Program-made: the position numbers and the translations under genes
Notes under the pieces: generated by a model
Databases searched by the model: none
Told to the model about the DNA's origin: nothing
The model's input: the letters and a program-made list of their open reading frames with translations, nothing else
DNA from: an uncultured Oscillospiraceae bacterium
GTDB taxonomy: Bacteria; Bacillota; Clostridia; Oscillospirales; CAG-382
Length of the DNA stretch: 64,000 bases
Direction: 5' to 3'
Assembly (NCBI GenBank): GCA_964485815.1
Contig: CAZAJX010000003.1
Span: forward strand, 12,040-76,039
Part shown: piece by piece, positions 1-8,690 of the stretch
Numbering within the stretch: position 1 is the stretch's first letter
Layout of the letters: the number at the start of each line of letters is the position of its first letter

Positions 1-5
1 TTTTT

Positions 6-139
6 AATGATGAATGATGAATGCGACGCGATGCAAAGCATCGCTAAATGAGGAATTTTGGTAGCTTTTTTCGCATAAGGATGCGAAAAAAGGTTTCCAG
101 CATTTCTCATTCCTCATTCCTCATTTCTCATTTCTCATT
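6..139 (+). repeat. Heptamer-armed mosaic intergenic repeat, copy R1 (full form)
   Basis: Left arm AATGATG x2 then AATGCGA. GC hairpin GCGATGC-AAA-GCATCGC, TAAATGAGGAATTTTGG, then AT hairpin TTTTTTCGCAT-AAGG-ATGCGAAAAAA. Right arm is six xxTCATT heptamers (98-139). Preceded by TTTTT at the window edge. The last heptamer contains the pyrR stop codon. Confidence 0.85.
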
Positions 140-677
140 CCAGCCCTGCGGGCTCCAAAATCGCTACTTCTGTTTTTCCGTCCAATTCTTTAACTCTTAC
201 GGCGATTTTTTCCTTGCGGGAGGTGGGTACGTTTTTACCCACGTAATCCGCACGTATAGGCAATTCTCTGTGGCCGCGGTCAATAAGTGCGGCAAGCCGT
301 ATGGCGGCAGGTCTGCCGGAGTGCATAACCGCTTCTATAGCGGCGCGCACCGTTCTGCCGGTATACAAAACGTCATCCACCAGAATAACCGTCTTTCCCT
401 CTACGGGAACGTTGAGGGTGGAGGTGCCGTGGGAATAAGGTGCGCCCGTATCGTCGCGGAAAGGGGACACGTCCAGCTCATCCACGGGAACGGCTACTCC
501 GTATGAATTTTTTATTTTCTCGGCAATGCGGGTTGCAAGGGGAAGTCCTCTGCTGCGGATACCCACAAGACACAGAGATGAGATGTCCTCGTTTTTCTCC
601 GCAATCTCGTGGCTTATACGGGTAAGAGAGCGGTCCAGCGCCTGCTCGTCCAGCAATATGGTTTTTTCTCTGTACAT
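135..677 (-). CDS. pyrR: PyrR, bifunctional pyrimidine operon regulator / uracil phosphoribosyltransferase
   Basis: Translation MYREKTILLDEQALDRSLTRISHEI...VILVDDVLYTGRTVRAA...DRGHRELPIRADYVGKNVPTS aligns along its length with the PyrR family, including the PRPP-binding motif. The ORF extends to 719, but the inferred -10 box lies at 724-729. Met at 677 has an AAAGG 9 nt upstream and matches the family N-terminus. Confidence 0.9.
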   Translation of the reverse strand: MYREKTILLDEQALDRSLTRISHEIAEKNEDISSLCLVGIRSRGLPLATRIAEKIKNSYGVAVPVDELDVSPFRDDTGAPYSHGTSTLNVPVEGKTVILVDDVLYTGRTVRAAIEAVMHSGRPAAIRLAALIDRGHRELPIRADYVGKNVPTSRKEKIAVRVKELDGKTEVAILEPAGLE

Positions 678-723
678 ATTACACGCCTTTTTGAAAAAAA
701 GATTTTTATATACCGTCATTATA

Positions 724-751
724 ATTATATTAATTTTTTAACATAAGTCAA
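724..751 (-). promoter_or_regulatory. Putative sigma-A promoter for pyrR
   Basis: The reverse complement reads TTGACT, 16 nt, TATAAT. Confidence 0.45.
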
Positions 752-792
752 CATTTTTCTTACATATTCAAAATTAATTCACACTTATTTTC

Positions 793-821
793 GTTGACAA
801 ATCGCGGTGAGTGTAATATAA
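793..821 (+). promoter_or_regulatory. Consensus sigma-A promoter for the MinD-like gene
   Basis: TTGACA (793-798), 17-nt spacer, TATAAT (816-821). The GGAAGGAG RBS is at 853-860. Confidence 0.6.
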
Positions 822-864
822 TATTATATCTATAGGTTTATGTTTAAAATGCGGAAGGAGGCGT

Positions 865-1659
865 TTGGTTTTGGGCAGATGTGTTTTTGTTACTTCCTTT
901 AAAGGCGGCGTGGGAAAAAGCTTTGTTTCCGCCAATCTTGCGGGTGCATTAACAAGTCTGGGCAAAAAGGTTCTCGTTGCGGACGGGGACTTGGGTATGC
1001 GCAGTATGGATATCCTTCTGGGCTGCGAGAGCGCCTCGCTTTTTGACATAAAGGACGTTATTGTCGGCGCTTGTCCGGTGGAAAAAGCCATTATCAAAGC
1101 AGAAAGAAAAGGCTTTCCCGATTTCATTCCCGCGCCCCAGACCTATGACGGATCCCGGCTGGACCCCGAGCGCACCCACGCACTGTTTACATATCTCAAA
1201 AGCATATACGATTACGTGCTCATAGATTCCTCGGCGGAATATTCGCCGTATTATTCTCTCCTCGCTTCCTGCGCGGATACGGCGGTCATCGTTACAGCCC
1301 ACCAGTCCACGGCAGTCCGCGCGGCGGAGAAAACGGCTTCTCTTCTGGCAAAGGAAGGATTAAAGGAGCAGTATCTCGTAATAAATATGTTCCGCAAAAA
1401 AGAAGCGGAAAAAGGCTTACTGCCCGACCCTGCGTATATTATCCTTCATTCCGCAGTTCCCCTGCTGGGAATCGTTCCCTGGGATAAAAACGTGGCTTTG
1501 GAAGCGGAAAAGGGCGGAATCGCCTTTTGCAACCCCAAGGGCAAGGCGTATCCCTTTGAGGCGGCGGCGGTCAACATCGCCTACCGTCTGTGCGGAAACG
1601 AGGTTCCCTTGTTCAAGGGAGTTTACCGCACCTTAAGAAGAAAATTTTATCTTAAATAA
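865..1659 (+). CDS. MinD/ParA-family P-loop ATPase (MinD-like, orphan)
   Basis: Deviant Walker A SFKGGVGKS, A-prime DGDLGMRSMD, Walker B YVLIDSS, and a C-terminal basic amphipathic tail RTLRRKFYLK. TTG start at 865 (or 871) after a strong RBS. No minC or minE adjacent. Confidence 0.75.
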   Translation: MVLGRCVFVTSFKGGVGKSFVSANLAGALTSLGKKVLVADGDLGMRSMDILLGCESASLFDIKDVIVGACPVEKAIIKAERKGFPDFIPAPQTYDGSRLDPERTHALFTYLKSIYDYVLIDSSAEYSPYYSLLASCADTAVIVTAHQSTAVRAAEKTASLLAKEGLKEQYLVINMFRKKEAEKGLLPDPAYIILHSAVPLLGIVPWDKNVALEAEKGGIAFCNPKGKAYPFEAAAVNIAYRLCGNEVPLFKGVYRTLRRKFYLK

Positions 1660-1687
1660 AATAAGGCAAGAAAGGACGATCATTATT

Positions 1688-2086
1688 ATGGAAATAGCAA
1701 TTATCGCCAACGATAAGAAAAAAGAGCTTATCACCGAATTCTGCATAGCTTATTGCGGAGTGCTTGCCAAGCATAATCTTTGTGCAACAGCTACGACAGG
1801 AAAATATATAAGCGAGGCTACGGGACTTAAGGTTACCCGTATGCTTGCGGGCGCTCACGGCGGAGCAGAGCAGATCGCCGCCCGTATCGCGTATAACGAG
1901 ATAGATCTGGTTATCTTCTTGCGGGATCCCAATTCGGATACCGAGTACGTAGATAATACCCTTCAGGTCATCCGTCTGTGCGATAGCCATAATATCCCCG
2001 TTGCCACCAACATCGCAACGGCGGAAGCGCTTATCCTCGCCCTCGGCAGAGGAGATCTTGACTGGAGAGAAATTCAGAGAAAATGA
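1688..2086 (+). CDS. Methylglyoxal-synthase-like (MGS fold) protein with substituted catalytic residues
   Basis: Colinear with MgsA (IIANDKKK, ATATTG, GGAEQIAA, FLRDP...IRLCD, IPVATN). However, AHD is AND, GGDQQ is GGAEQ, and PHEPD is EYVDN. The TGA stop (2084-2086) lies inside the first heptamer of repeat R2. Confidence 0.75.
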   Translation: MEIAIIANDKKKELITEFCIAYCGVLAKHNLCATATTGKYISEATGLKVTRMLAGAHGGAEQIAARIAYNEIDLVIFLRDPNSDTEYVDNTLQVIRLCDSHNIPVATNIATAEALILALGRGDLDWREIQRK

Positions 2087-2188
2087 GGAATGAGGAATGA
2101 GGAATGAGAAATTTCGGTAGCTTTTTTCGCGCAAAAACGCGAAAAAAGGTTTCCATCATTCATCATTTATCATTTATCATTTCTCATT
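2082..2188 (+). repeat. Heptamer-armed repeat, copy R2 (short form, no GC hairpin)
   Basis: AATGAGG x3 and AATGAGA, then AATTTCGGTAGC. AT hairpin TTTTTTCGCGC-AAAAA-CGCGAAAAAA, then GGTTTC. Right arm CATCATT x2, TATCATT x2, TCTCATT. Confidence 0.85.
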
Positions 2189-2208
2189 AATTTACGGAGT
2201 AAATTACT

Positions 2209-3468
2209 ATGGAACAAATAAAAAAGCCTCGCGGAACGTTGGATATTCTTCCCGAGCAGACTGCCGCTTGGCAGTATATTGAAAAAGTAATACGCAAAAA
2301 GTGTCTGGAATACGGCTTTGGGGAAATACGCTTCCCCACCTTTGAAGCAACCGAGCTTTTCTCCCGCGGTGTGGGCGATACTACCGATGTGGTTCAAAAG
2401 GAAATGTATACCTTTAAGGATAGGGACGACCGCAGTCTTTCCCTCCGTCCCGAGGGAACGGCGTGTGTTGTCCGCAGTATGCTGGAAAACGGCCTTTATG
2501 CAGGCGCAATGCCTTTGAAGCTGTATTATCTCACCAATTTCTTCCGCTATGAAAAGCCCCAGGCAGGCAGGTCCAGAGAGTTTTTCCAGTTCGGAACAGA
2601 GCTGTTCGGCTCGGAATCCCCTGCGGCAGATGCAACGGTTATCTCCCTTGCATACAGCGTGTTCAAGGAATTGGGGCTTAATAATGTGGTGCTTCACATA
2701 AATTCCGTGGGCTGTATGGGCTGCCGCCCCAAATACAGAGAGGCACTTGTTGAATATCTTGGCGGTTATACGGGTAGTCTTTGTCCCACTTGCCTTGAAA
2801 GACTTGGCAAGAACCCCCTTCGCGTGCTGGACTGCAAGTCCCCCGTTTGCTCGGGGATAGCATCCGGCGCACCCAAGACCACACAGCACCTTTGCGAGGA
2901 TTGCGAACAGCATCTTAAAGCCCTTACGGATATCCTGGATGCATCGGGAATTCCCTACGTTATAGATTCGGGTATCGTAAGAGGATTGGATTATTACACC
3001 GGCACGGTGTTTGAGTTTATAGATGAGCGTATCGGCGCCCAGTCCACGGTTTGCGGCGGCGGCAGATACGATGGTCTGGTTTCCCAGCTTGGGGGACCGC
3101 AAATGTCAGGCGTGGGATTCGGTATGGGTATTACCCGTCTTATCGCTTGCCTGGAAACGGAGAATTTGTTAAAGAGCGTGGATACCGCGCCCGATATTTA
3201 CCTCGCTCCCGCAGACAAAGAGGTGTATACAAAGGTGTTCACCCTTTGCCAGCAGCTCCGCGCTATGGGCATTAAGGCGGAAACCGACCTTTGCTCCCGC
3301 AGTATAAAGGCGCAAATGAAATATGCGGATAAAATTCACGCCCGCTTTACAGCCGTTATCGGCGGAAACGAAGCGGAAACGGGCGTAGTTACGGTTAAGA
3401 ATATGCAAGACGGAGCGCGATACGAGGTCGCACTGTCGGCGGCAGATATTGCTAACGCAATAAAATAA
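2209..3468 (+). CDS. hisS: Histidine--tRNA ligase
   Basis: Class II aaRS motifs: MYTFKDRDDRSLSLRPEGTA, FRYEKPQAGRSREFFQFG, GGGRYDGL, and a C-terminal anticodon-binding domain. 419 aa. Confidence 0.95.
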   Translation: MEQIKKPRGTLDILPEQTAAWQYIEKVIRKKCLEYGFGEIRFPTFEATELFSRGVGDTTDVVQKEMYTFKDRDDRSLSLRPEGTACVVRSMLENGLYAGAMPLKLYYLTNFFRYEKPQAGRSREFFQFGTELFGSESPAADATVISLAYSVFKELGLNNVVLHINSVGCMGCRPKYREALVEYLGGYTGSLCPTCLERLGKNPLRVLDCKSPVCSGIASGAPKTTQHLCEDCEQHLKALTDILDASGIPYVIDSGIVRGLDYYTGTVFEFIDERIGAQSTVCGGGRYDGLVSQLGGPQMSGVGFGMGITRLIACLETENLLKSVDTAPDIYLAPADKEVYTKVFTLCQQLRAMGIKAETDLCSRSIKAQMKYADKIHARFTAVIGGNEAETGVVTVKNMQDGARYEVALSAADIANAIK

Positions 3469-3644
3469 ATGAGGAATGAGGAATGCGACGCGCCGCGAAC
3501 GCGCCGCTAAATGAGGAATTTCGGAAGATTTTTGTTCGTAGAACAAAAATCAACCATCCCGGGGTTCCCCAAAAACGCTATGCGTTTTTGGGGTGGGTCA
3601 TTCATCATTTCTCATTCATCATTCCTCATTCCTCATTCCTCATT
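3468..3644 (+). repeat. Heptamer-armed repeat, copy R3 (long form with extra hairpin module)
   Basis: AATGAGG x2, then AATGCGACGCGCCGC-GAA-CGCGCCGC hairpin and TAAATGAGGAATTTCGGAAG. AT hairpin ATTTTTGTTC-GTAG-AACAAAAAT, CAACCAT, then an extra module CCCCAAAAACGC-TAT-GCGTTTTTGGGG. Right arm is six xxTCATT units (3603-3644). Sits between hisS and aspS. Confidence 0.85.
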
Positions 3645-3678
3645 CTCTACAATACTTCAAATTATCGAGAGGCAAACT

Positions 3679-5460
3679 ATGGCAGAATTACTTGGAAATT
3701 CAAAAAGAACTCACTATTGCGGTGAGTTTACTATAGAAAACGTAGGCGAGCGCGCCTGCGTAATGGGCTGGTGTCAAAGACAGCGTGACCTTGGCTCGCT
3801 CATCTTTATTGACCTGCGCGACAGAAGCGGTATCGTTCAGCTCGCTTTTGACGAAAACACCGAAAAGGCTGTTTTTGATAAAGCCTTCGGCGTAAGAAGC
3901 GAATACGTGCTGTGCGCTTCCGGTGTGGTAAGGGAGCGTTCCTCCAAAAACCCCCAGATCCCCACGGGAGATATCGAAATTGCGGTAGACGAACTTAAAA
4001 TTCTCTCCGTATCCCAGACAACACCCTTTGAAATTACCGAAAACTCCCGCGCAAACGAAGAACTGCGCTTAAAGCACCGTTATCTCGACCTGCGCCGCCC
4101 CGATCTGATGCAAAATCTGCTGTTCAGACACAAGGTTGCCAAGGTTACCAGAGATTATTTCGATGAAAACGGATTTGTGGAAATAGAAACCCCCATTCTC
4201 ATTCGCTCCACTCCCGAGGGAGCCCGTGACTATCTGGTTCCCAGCCGTATAAGAAAGGGCGCGTTTTACGCTTTGCCCCAGTCCCCCCAGCTTTACAAGC
4301 AGCTTTCCATGGTTGCGGGATTCGACAGATATATGCAGATCGCCCGTTGCTTCCGCGATGAGGACCTGCGTGCTGACAGACAGCCCGAATTCACCCAGAT
4401 CGACTTTGAAATGTCCTTCGTTCAGATGGAGGACGTGCTGAATATCGGTGAAGGCTACATCCGCCGCGTGTTTAAGGAAACTCTCGGTGTTGACGTACCC
4501 GCCATACCCCGCTACACATACCGTGAATGTATGAACCGCTACGGCAGCGATAAGCCCGATATGCGATTCGGTATGGAGATCGTTGATATTTCCGATATAG
4601 TTAAGGGATGCGATTTCTCCGTATTCACCTCCGCAGTTGCCGCAGGCGGCAGTGTAAGAGGTATAAACTGCAAGGGTTATGCCGAAAAGCTTACCCGTAA
4701 AGAGATAGACAAGCTCACCGAGTACGCAAAAGGATGCGGCGCAAAGGGTCTGGCTTGGATAAAGAAGGCGGGCGGAAACACCACCTGCTCCTTTGGCAAG
4801 TTTATGACAGAGGACGAGCTTAACTGCATCTGCACCCGTCTTGACTGCACCGACGGCGACGTGGCGTTTATTATCGCAGATACAAACGATAATGCGGTTC
4901 TTACCCAGCTGGGTCAGCTCCGTGTCGAGGCGGCAAACAGACTTAACGTTCCCAGAGAGGGATATTGCTTCCTGTGGGTAGTGGAATTCCCCTTCTTCGA
5001 AAAGGATGCGGAAACCGGCGAATGGCTGGCAATGCACCACCCCTTCACCGCACCTCTTGATGAATGCCTGCCTTATCTTGAAACGGATAAAGGTTCGGTA
5101 CGCGCAAAGGCGTATGACCTTGTGCTTAACGGAATTGAGCTGTCTTCAGGCTCTATCCGTATAACCGACCCTGCTCTGCAGGCAACCATTTTCCGTCTGC
5201 TGGGACTTTCCGATGAAGAAGCACAGCAAAAGTTCGGTTATCTGCTTGATGCATTCAAGTACGGCGCACCTCCTCACGGCGGTATGGCGCTGGGACTGGA
5301 CAGATTGGTAATGCAAATGATCGGCGCACCCACCTTGCGTGACGTTGTGGCGTTCCCCAAGGTATCCAACGCATCCGAACTTATGACAGATTGCCCTGCC
5401 GAAGTACCTGCACAGGCACTTTTGGATCTGGGTATCAGTATAGACAAACAGGAGAAATAA
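3679..5460 (+). CDS. aspS: Aspartate--tRNA ligase
   Basis: MAELLGNSKRTHYCGEF...WCQRQRDLGSLIFIDLRDRSG (OB fold), FRDEDLRADRQPEFTQID (motif 2), GGMALGLDRL (motif 3). The ORF-track start at 3511 reads through repeat R3. ATG at 3679 follows GAGAGGCAAAC. Confidence 0.95.
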   Translation: MAELLGNSKRTHYCGEFTIENVGERACVMGWCQRQRDLGSLIFIDLRDRSGIVQLAFDENTEKAVFDKAFGVRSEYVLCASGVVRERSSKNPQIPTGDIEIAVDELKILSVSQTTPFEITENSRANEELRLKHRYLDLRRPDLMQNLLFRHKVAKVTRDYFDENGFVEIETPILIRSTPEGARDYLVPSRIRKGAFYALPQSPQLYKQLSMVAGFDRYMQIARCFRDEDLRADRQPEFTQIDFEMSFVQMEDVLNIGEGYIRRVFKETLGVDVPAIPRYTYRECMNRYGSDKPDMRFGMEIVDISDIVKGCDFSVFTSAVAAGGSVRGINCKGYAEKLTRKEIDKLTEYAKGCGAKGLAWIKKAGGNTTCSFGKFMTEDELNCICTRLDCTDGDVAFIIADTNDNAVLTQLGQLRVEAANRLNVPREGYCFLWVVEFPFFEKDAETGEWLAMHHPFTAPLDECLPYLETDKGSVRAKAYDLVLNGIELSSGSIRITDPALQATIFRLLGLSDEEAQQKFGYLLDAFKYGAPPHGGMALGLDRLVMQMIGAPTLRDVVAFPKVSNASELMTDCPAEVPAQALLDLGISIDKQEK

Positions 5461-5463
5461 CCC

Positions 5464-6450
5464 ATGATCGAGATAATCGATGTTTACAAGAATTTCGGCG
5501 ATAAGCAAGCGGTTAAGGGTGTTACCTTTAACGTGGAAGAAGGAGAGATAATGGGCTTCCTCGGCCCCAACGGCGCAGGAAAGACCACCACTCTCAACAT
5601 ACTTACAGGCTATCTTTCCGCCTCCTCGGGCACCTGCCGTATCGACGGTGTGGACATACTCGAAAACCCCGTGGAAGCAAAGAGAAAGATCGGCTTCCTT
5701 CCCGAGCAGCCTCCCCTTTACGTGGATATGACGGTAAAGGAATACCTTTCCTTCGTATATCAGCTTAAAAAGTGCGTGCTTCCCAAGGATGCACACCTTA
5801 AAGAGGTTTGCGAGGTCGTAAAGATAACCGACGTATTCAACCGCAAAATAAAGAACCTTTCCAAGGGCTACCGTCAGCGTGTGGGTATCGCTCAGGCGCT
5901 TATCGGCAACCCCAAGGTGCTTATATTCGATGAACCTACCGTAGGTCTTGACCCTAAGCAGATCATCGAAATACGTAACCTTATCCGTGTTCTGGGTAAA
6001 CAGCATACGGTTATCCTTTCCACCCACATCCTGCCCGAGGTTCAGGCAGTGTGCGACCGTATCGTGGTTATCAACAAGGGCGAGATCGTGGCAAACGAGC
6101 GCACGCAGGACCTTGTTAACGCCGTTGACGGCTCCCGTAAGCTGGTTGCAAAAATAGTCGGACCCGAAAATGACGTGCTCAAAGCGGTAAAAGCCCTTCC
6201 CGGCGTAAAATATGCCGAGGTTCTGGGCAAGAGGGACACCGATTCCACCAGTTATCTTATCGAATCCGAGGATAAAATAGACATCCGCAAGCCGCTGTTC
6301 GCCCTTATCGCAAGAAACGGCTGGTATCTTATCGGTCTTGAGGGAATGGAGCTTAACCTTGAGGATATCTTTATCCGCCTTACCGAAAAGAAAAAAGAAA
6401 AAGAATCCCGCAAGACTGTAAGAAGAGTAAGAAAGGCAGGGGAAGAATAA
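5464..6450 (+). CDS. ABC transporter ATP-binding protein (ABC-2 / GldA-like)
   Basis: Walker A GPNGAGKTT, signature LSKGYRQR, Walker B LIFDEPTVGLD. Confidence 0.9.
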   Translation: MIEIIDVYKNFGDKQAVKGVTFNVEEGEIMGFLGPNGAGKTTTLNILTGYLSASSGTCRIDGVDILENPVEAKRKIGFLPEQPPLYVDMTVKEYLSFVYQLKKCVLPKDAHLKEVCEVVKITDVFNRKIKNLSKGYRQRVGIAQALIGNPKVLIFDEPTVGLDPKQIIEIRNLIRVLGKQHTVILSTHILPEVQAVCDRIVVINKGEIVANERTQDLVNAVDGSRKLVAKIVGPENDVLKAVKALPGVKYAEVLGKRDTDSTSYLIESEDKIDIRKPLFALIARNGWYLIGLEGMELNLEDIFIRLTEKKKEKESRKTVRRVRKAGEE

Positions 6451-7157
6451 TGTGGGCTATATATTGTCGTGAGCTTCGCTCCTATTTCACCACGCCTATC
6501 GGATACGTTTTCGCAGGAATGTTCCTTGCGGTTTCCGGCGCGCTGTTCTCCGCAACGGTACTGCTTCAGGCAGACACGTCTATGATGTCTATGTACTTTT
6601 TGTGCCTGCTGTTCGTGTTTGCAATACTCATTCCCTTGCTTACAATGAAGCTTTTTGCAGATGACCGCCGCACCAAGTCCGAGCAGATCCTCCTTACCGC
6701 CCCCATTTCTCTGGGCGCGATGGTAATTGCAAAGTATCTGTCCGCACTCACCGTTTTCGCCGCAGTTCTGGGCGTAAACTCCTTTAACTTCTACTTACTT
6801 TATATATACGGCAACCCTTCTTTGTCTTATATATTCCTTAACGTGCTCACGCTGTTCCTTATCGGCGCGGCGTTCATCGCTGTGGGCGTGTTCATTTCCT
6901 CCCTTACCGAGAGCCAGCTCAACGCGGCGATCGGCTCTATGGGACTCATTATCGTAATTCTTTTGCTGGGTGTCCTCGTAAACTCCATCCCCGTGGAGTG
7001 GGTGCGTACCGTTATAAAGTGGTTCTCCTTTATAGACAGATACTCCACCATGTCCTCCGGCATACTGGATCTCAGCGCGGTAGTATACTTTATCAGCTTT
7101 ACCGCAGTGTTCCTTTTCCTCACTGTCCGCGTATACGAAAAGCGCCGCTGGTCATAA
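6450..7157 (+). CDS. ABC-2 type permease (GldF-like)
   Basis: About six hydrophobic helices. The start overlaps the ATPase stop (ATAATG). Position and size are typical of ABC-2 permeases. Confidence 0.75.
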   Translation: MWAIYCRELRSYFTTPIGYVFAGMFLAVSGALFSATVLLQADTSMMSMYFLCLLFVFAILIPLLTMKLFADDRRTKSEQILLTAPISLGAMVIAKYLSALTVFAAVLGVNSFNFYLLYIYGNPSLSYIFLNVLTLFLIGAAFIAVGVFISSLTESQLNAAIGSMGLIIVILLLGVLVNSIPVEWVRTVIKWFSFIDRYSTMSSGILDLSAVVYFISFTAVFLFLTVRVYEKRRWS

Positions 7158-7172
7158 GGAGGTAACAAAACA

Positions 7173-8690
7173 ATGGCAAACAACAAAAAGAAAATGTCCC
7201 TTGCCGAGCTTTTAAAAAGCAAAAAGTTCAGATACGGCTCTCTTTCCGTAGTTTTCACCGCCGTAACTCTGGCGTTTATTATCGGTATAAACCTTATTAT
7301 CACCGCCCTTAACGCTTCCCATATTTTTTCTATAGATATGACAGCCGAGGAATTCTATTCTATCGGCGATGAAACCGTGGAATATCTTGAGGGCTTGGGC
7401 GATGATTTCGAGATCACCGTGCACTTCTGTACCGCCCGCGACAGACTTGAGGAATACGAGCAGAGCGGATACAATTATTTCCGTATGGTACACGAAACCG
7501 TCCTCGCCTTTGCGGAAAAATTCCCCGATAACATCAAGGTTGCGTATTTCGACGTAACTACCGATCCCAAATACGTAAACGATATCAAGCACTATACCCA
7601 GACTACCCTTACGGCAAGCAATATTATCGTAGAGGGTAAATATCACACCCGTATTCTTAATTTTGATTCATTCTTTATGGTAGCCGAATCCGACGGATCC
7701 TTGTATGCGTTCAACGGCGAATCCCGAATGGTTTCCGCTATTACACAATGCTCTATCAAGGAGCCCTATTCCGTTCTGTTCACTCAGGGACACGGCGAAA
7801 CCGTTTCCTCCTCCTTGGTTTCTCTGTTCCAGGACGCAGGCTTTGCCACACAGTATATCGACCTTGCCAAGGCTACCGACGAGGAGCTGGAAGAAGCATT
7901 CAAAAACGCCCGTATAATGGTTATCTGCGATCCCCAGAAGGATCTGGCGGGTTATGATAAAAACAACCCCAACGCAGACGCTGAAACGGATATTATAAAC
8001 AAGTTCCTTGGCGGCGACCGCGCTCTTATGGTGTTTGTGGACGCTTCCACTCCCGATCTTCCCAATCTCCGTGAATATTTAAGCGAGGTTTGGGGCTTGG
8101 ATTATGAGCCCAACAATATCCTTGCGGACCAGACCCATTCCCTTATGCTTAACAAGAACAACATTCTTGCTCAGCCCGCAGGTGAAACGGGTACTATCGC
8201 CGCACAGCTTCACATCTCCTTTGCGGACGATACGGATATAAAGACCGTGTTTGACGATACCGTAAAGCTGGTTAACGGCAAGGCGGCAAACGGCGCATCC
8301 ATAGATACCTCCTTTACATCTTACAGTACCGCAACGGATAAAAACGGCGTTTCCGGTCAGTTCCCCATATTTACCATATCAACTCTTATGGATTATGACG
8401 ATACCAACGCCGCAAAATATCAGTACGTAACTCTCTGCGGAAGTACCGAGTTCGTGTCCGACGCAAGCCTTTCCGCCCAGTACGGCAACCGTGAGGTTAT
8501 CGAAGCGGCAGCAAGAATGATGGCGACCGAGCGTGTTTCTCCCGATATAGATTACAAAGTATTTGCGGATACCGCCCTTTCCCTTGAAACGGGCGAAGCA
8601 AAGACACTTTCCGTTATAGTTATCGCCGTAGCTCCCCTTATAATTCTGGTGCTGGGTGTCGGTGTTTATATTAAGAGGAGACACCTGTAA
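7173..8690 (+). CDS. GldG-like ABC-transport auxiliary protein (N- and C-terminal membrane anchors)
   Basis: N-terminal TM (SLSVVFTAVTLAFIIGINLIITAL) and C-terminal TM plus KRRHL. Large extracytoplasmic domain. Follows the ABC-2 pair, as GldG homologues do. Confidence 0.55.
   Translation: MANNKKKMSLAELLKSKKFRYGSLSVVFTAVTLAFIIGINLIITALNASHIFSIDMTAEEFYSIGDETVEYLEGLGDDFEITVHFCTARDRLEEYEQSGYNYFRMVHETVLAFAEKFPDNIKVAYFDVTTDPKYVNDIKHYTQTTLTASNIIVEGKYHTRILNFDSFFMVAESDGSLYAFNGESRMVSAITQCSIKEPYSVLFTQGHGETVSSSLVSLFQDAGFATQYIDLAKATDEELEEAFKNARIMVICDPQKDLAGYDKNNPNADAETDIINKFLGGDRALMVFVDASTPDLPNLREYLSEVWGLDYEPNNILADQTHSLMLNKNNILAQPAGETGTIAAQLHISFADDTDIKTVFDDTVKLVNGKAANGASIDTSFTSYSTATDKNGVSGQFPIFTISTLMDYDDTNAAKYQYVTLCGSTEFVSDASLSAQYGNREVIEAAARMMATERVSPDIDYKVFADTALSLETGEAKTLSVIVIAVAPLIILVLGVGVYIKRRHL

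Noticed and set aside
48-506. ORFs that start inside or read through the repeats: 48-506, 3483-3725, the 3511 start of aspS, the 24425 start of gene A, and 36892-37983.
   Set aside because: Their N-termini (MRNFG..., MRRAANAPLNEEFRK..., ...HSSFLIPHSSF) are simply translations of the heptamer arms and hairpin modules. They recur wherever a repeat occurs. Proper starts with an RBS exist downstream.
678-864. PyrR-binding attenuator RNA in the pyrR leader.
   Set aside because: The leader inferred from the promoter at 724-751 is only about 40 nt. It lacks the conserved PyrR binding-loop motif and any terminator/antiterminator pair. The pyrimidine biosynthetic genes that usually follow are outside the window.
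2087-3678. T-box leaders upstream of hisS and aspS.
   Set aside because: I looked for the conserved T-box sequence and a specifier-loop architecture. The spacers are fully accounted for by repeats R2 and R3 plus an RBS. This cannot be excluded without a covariance-model scan, but nothing resembling the T-box core is visible.
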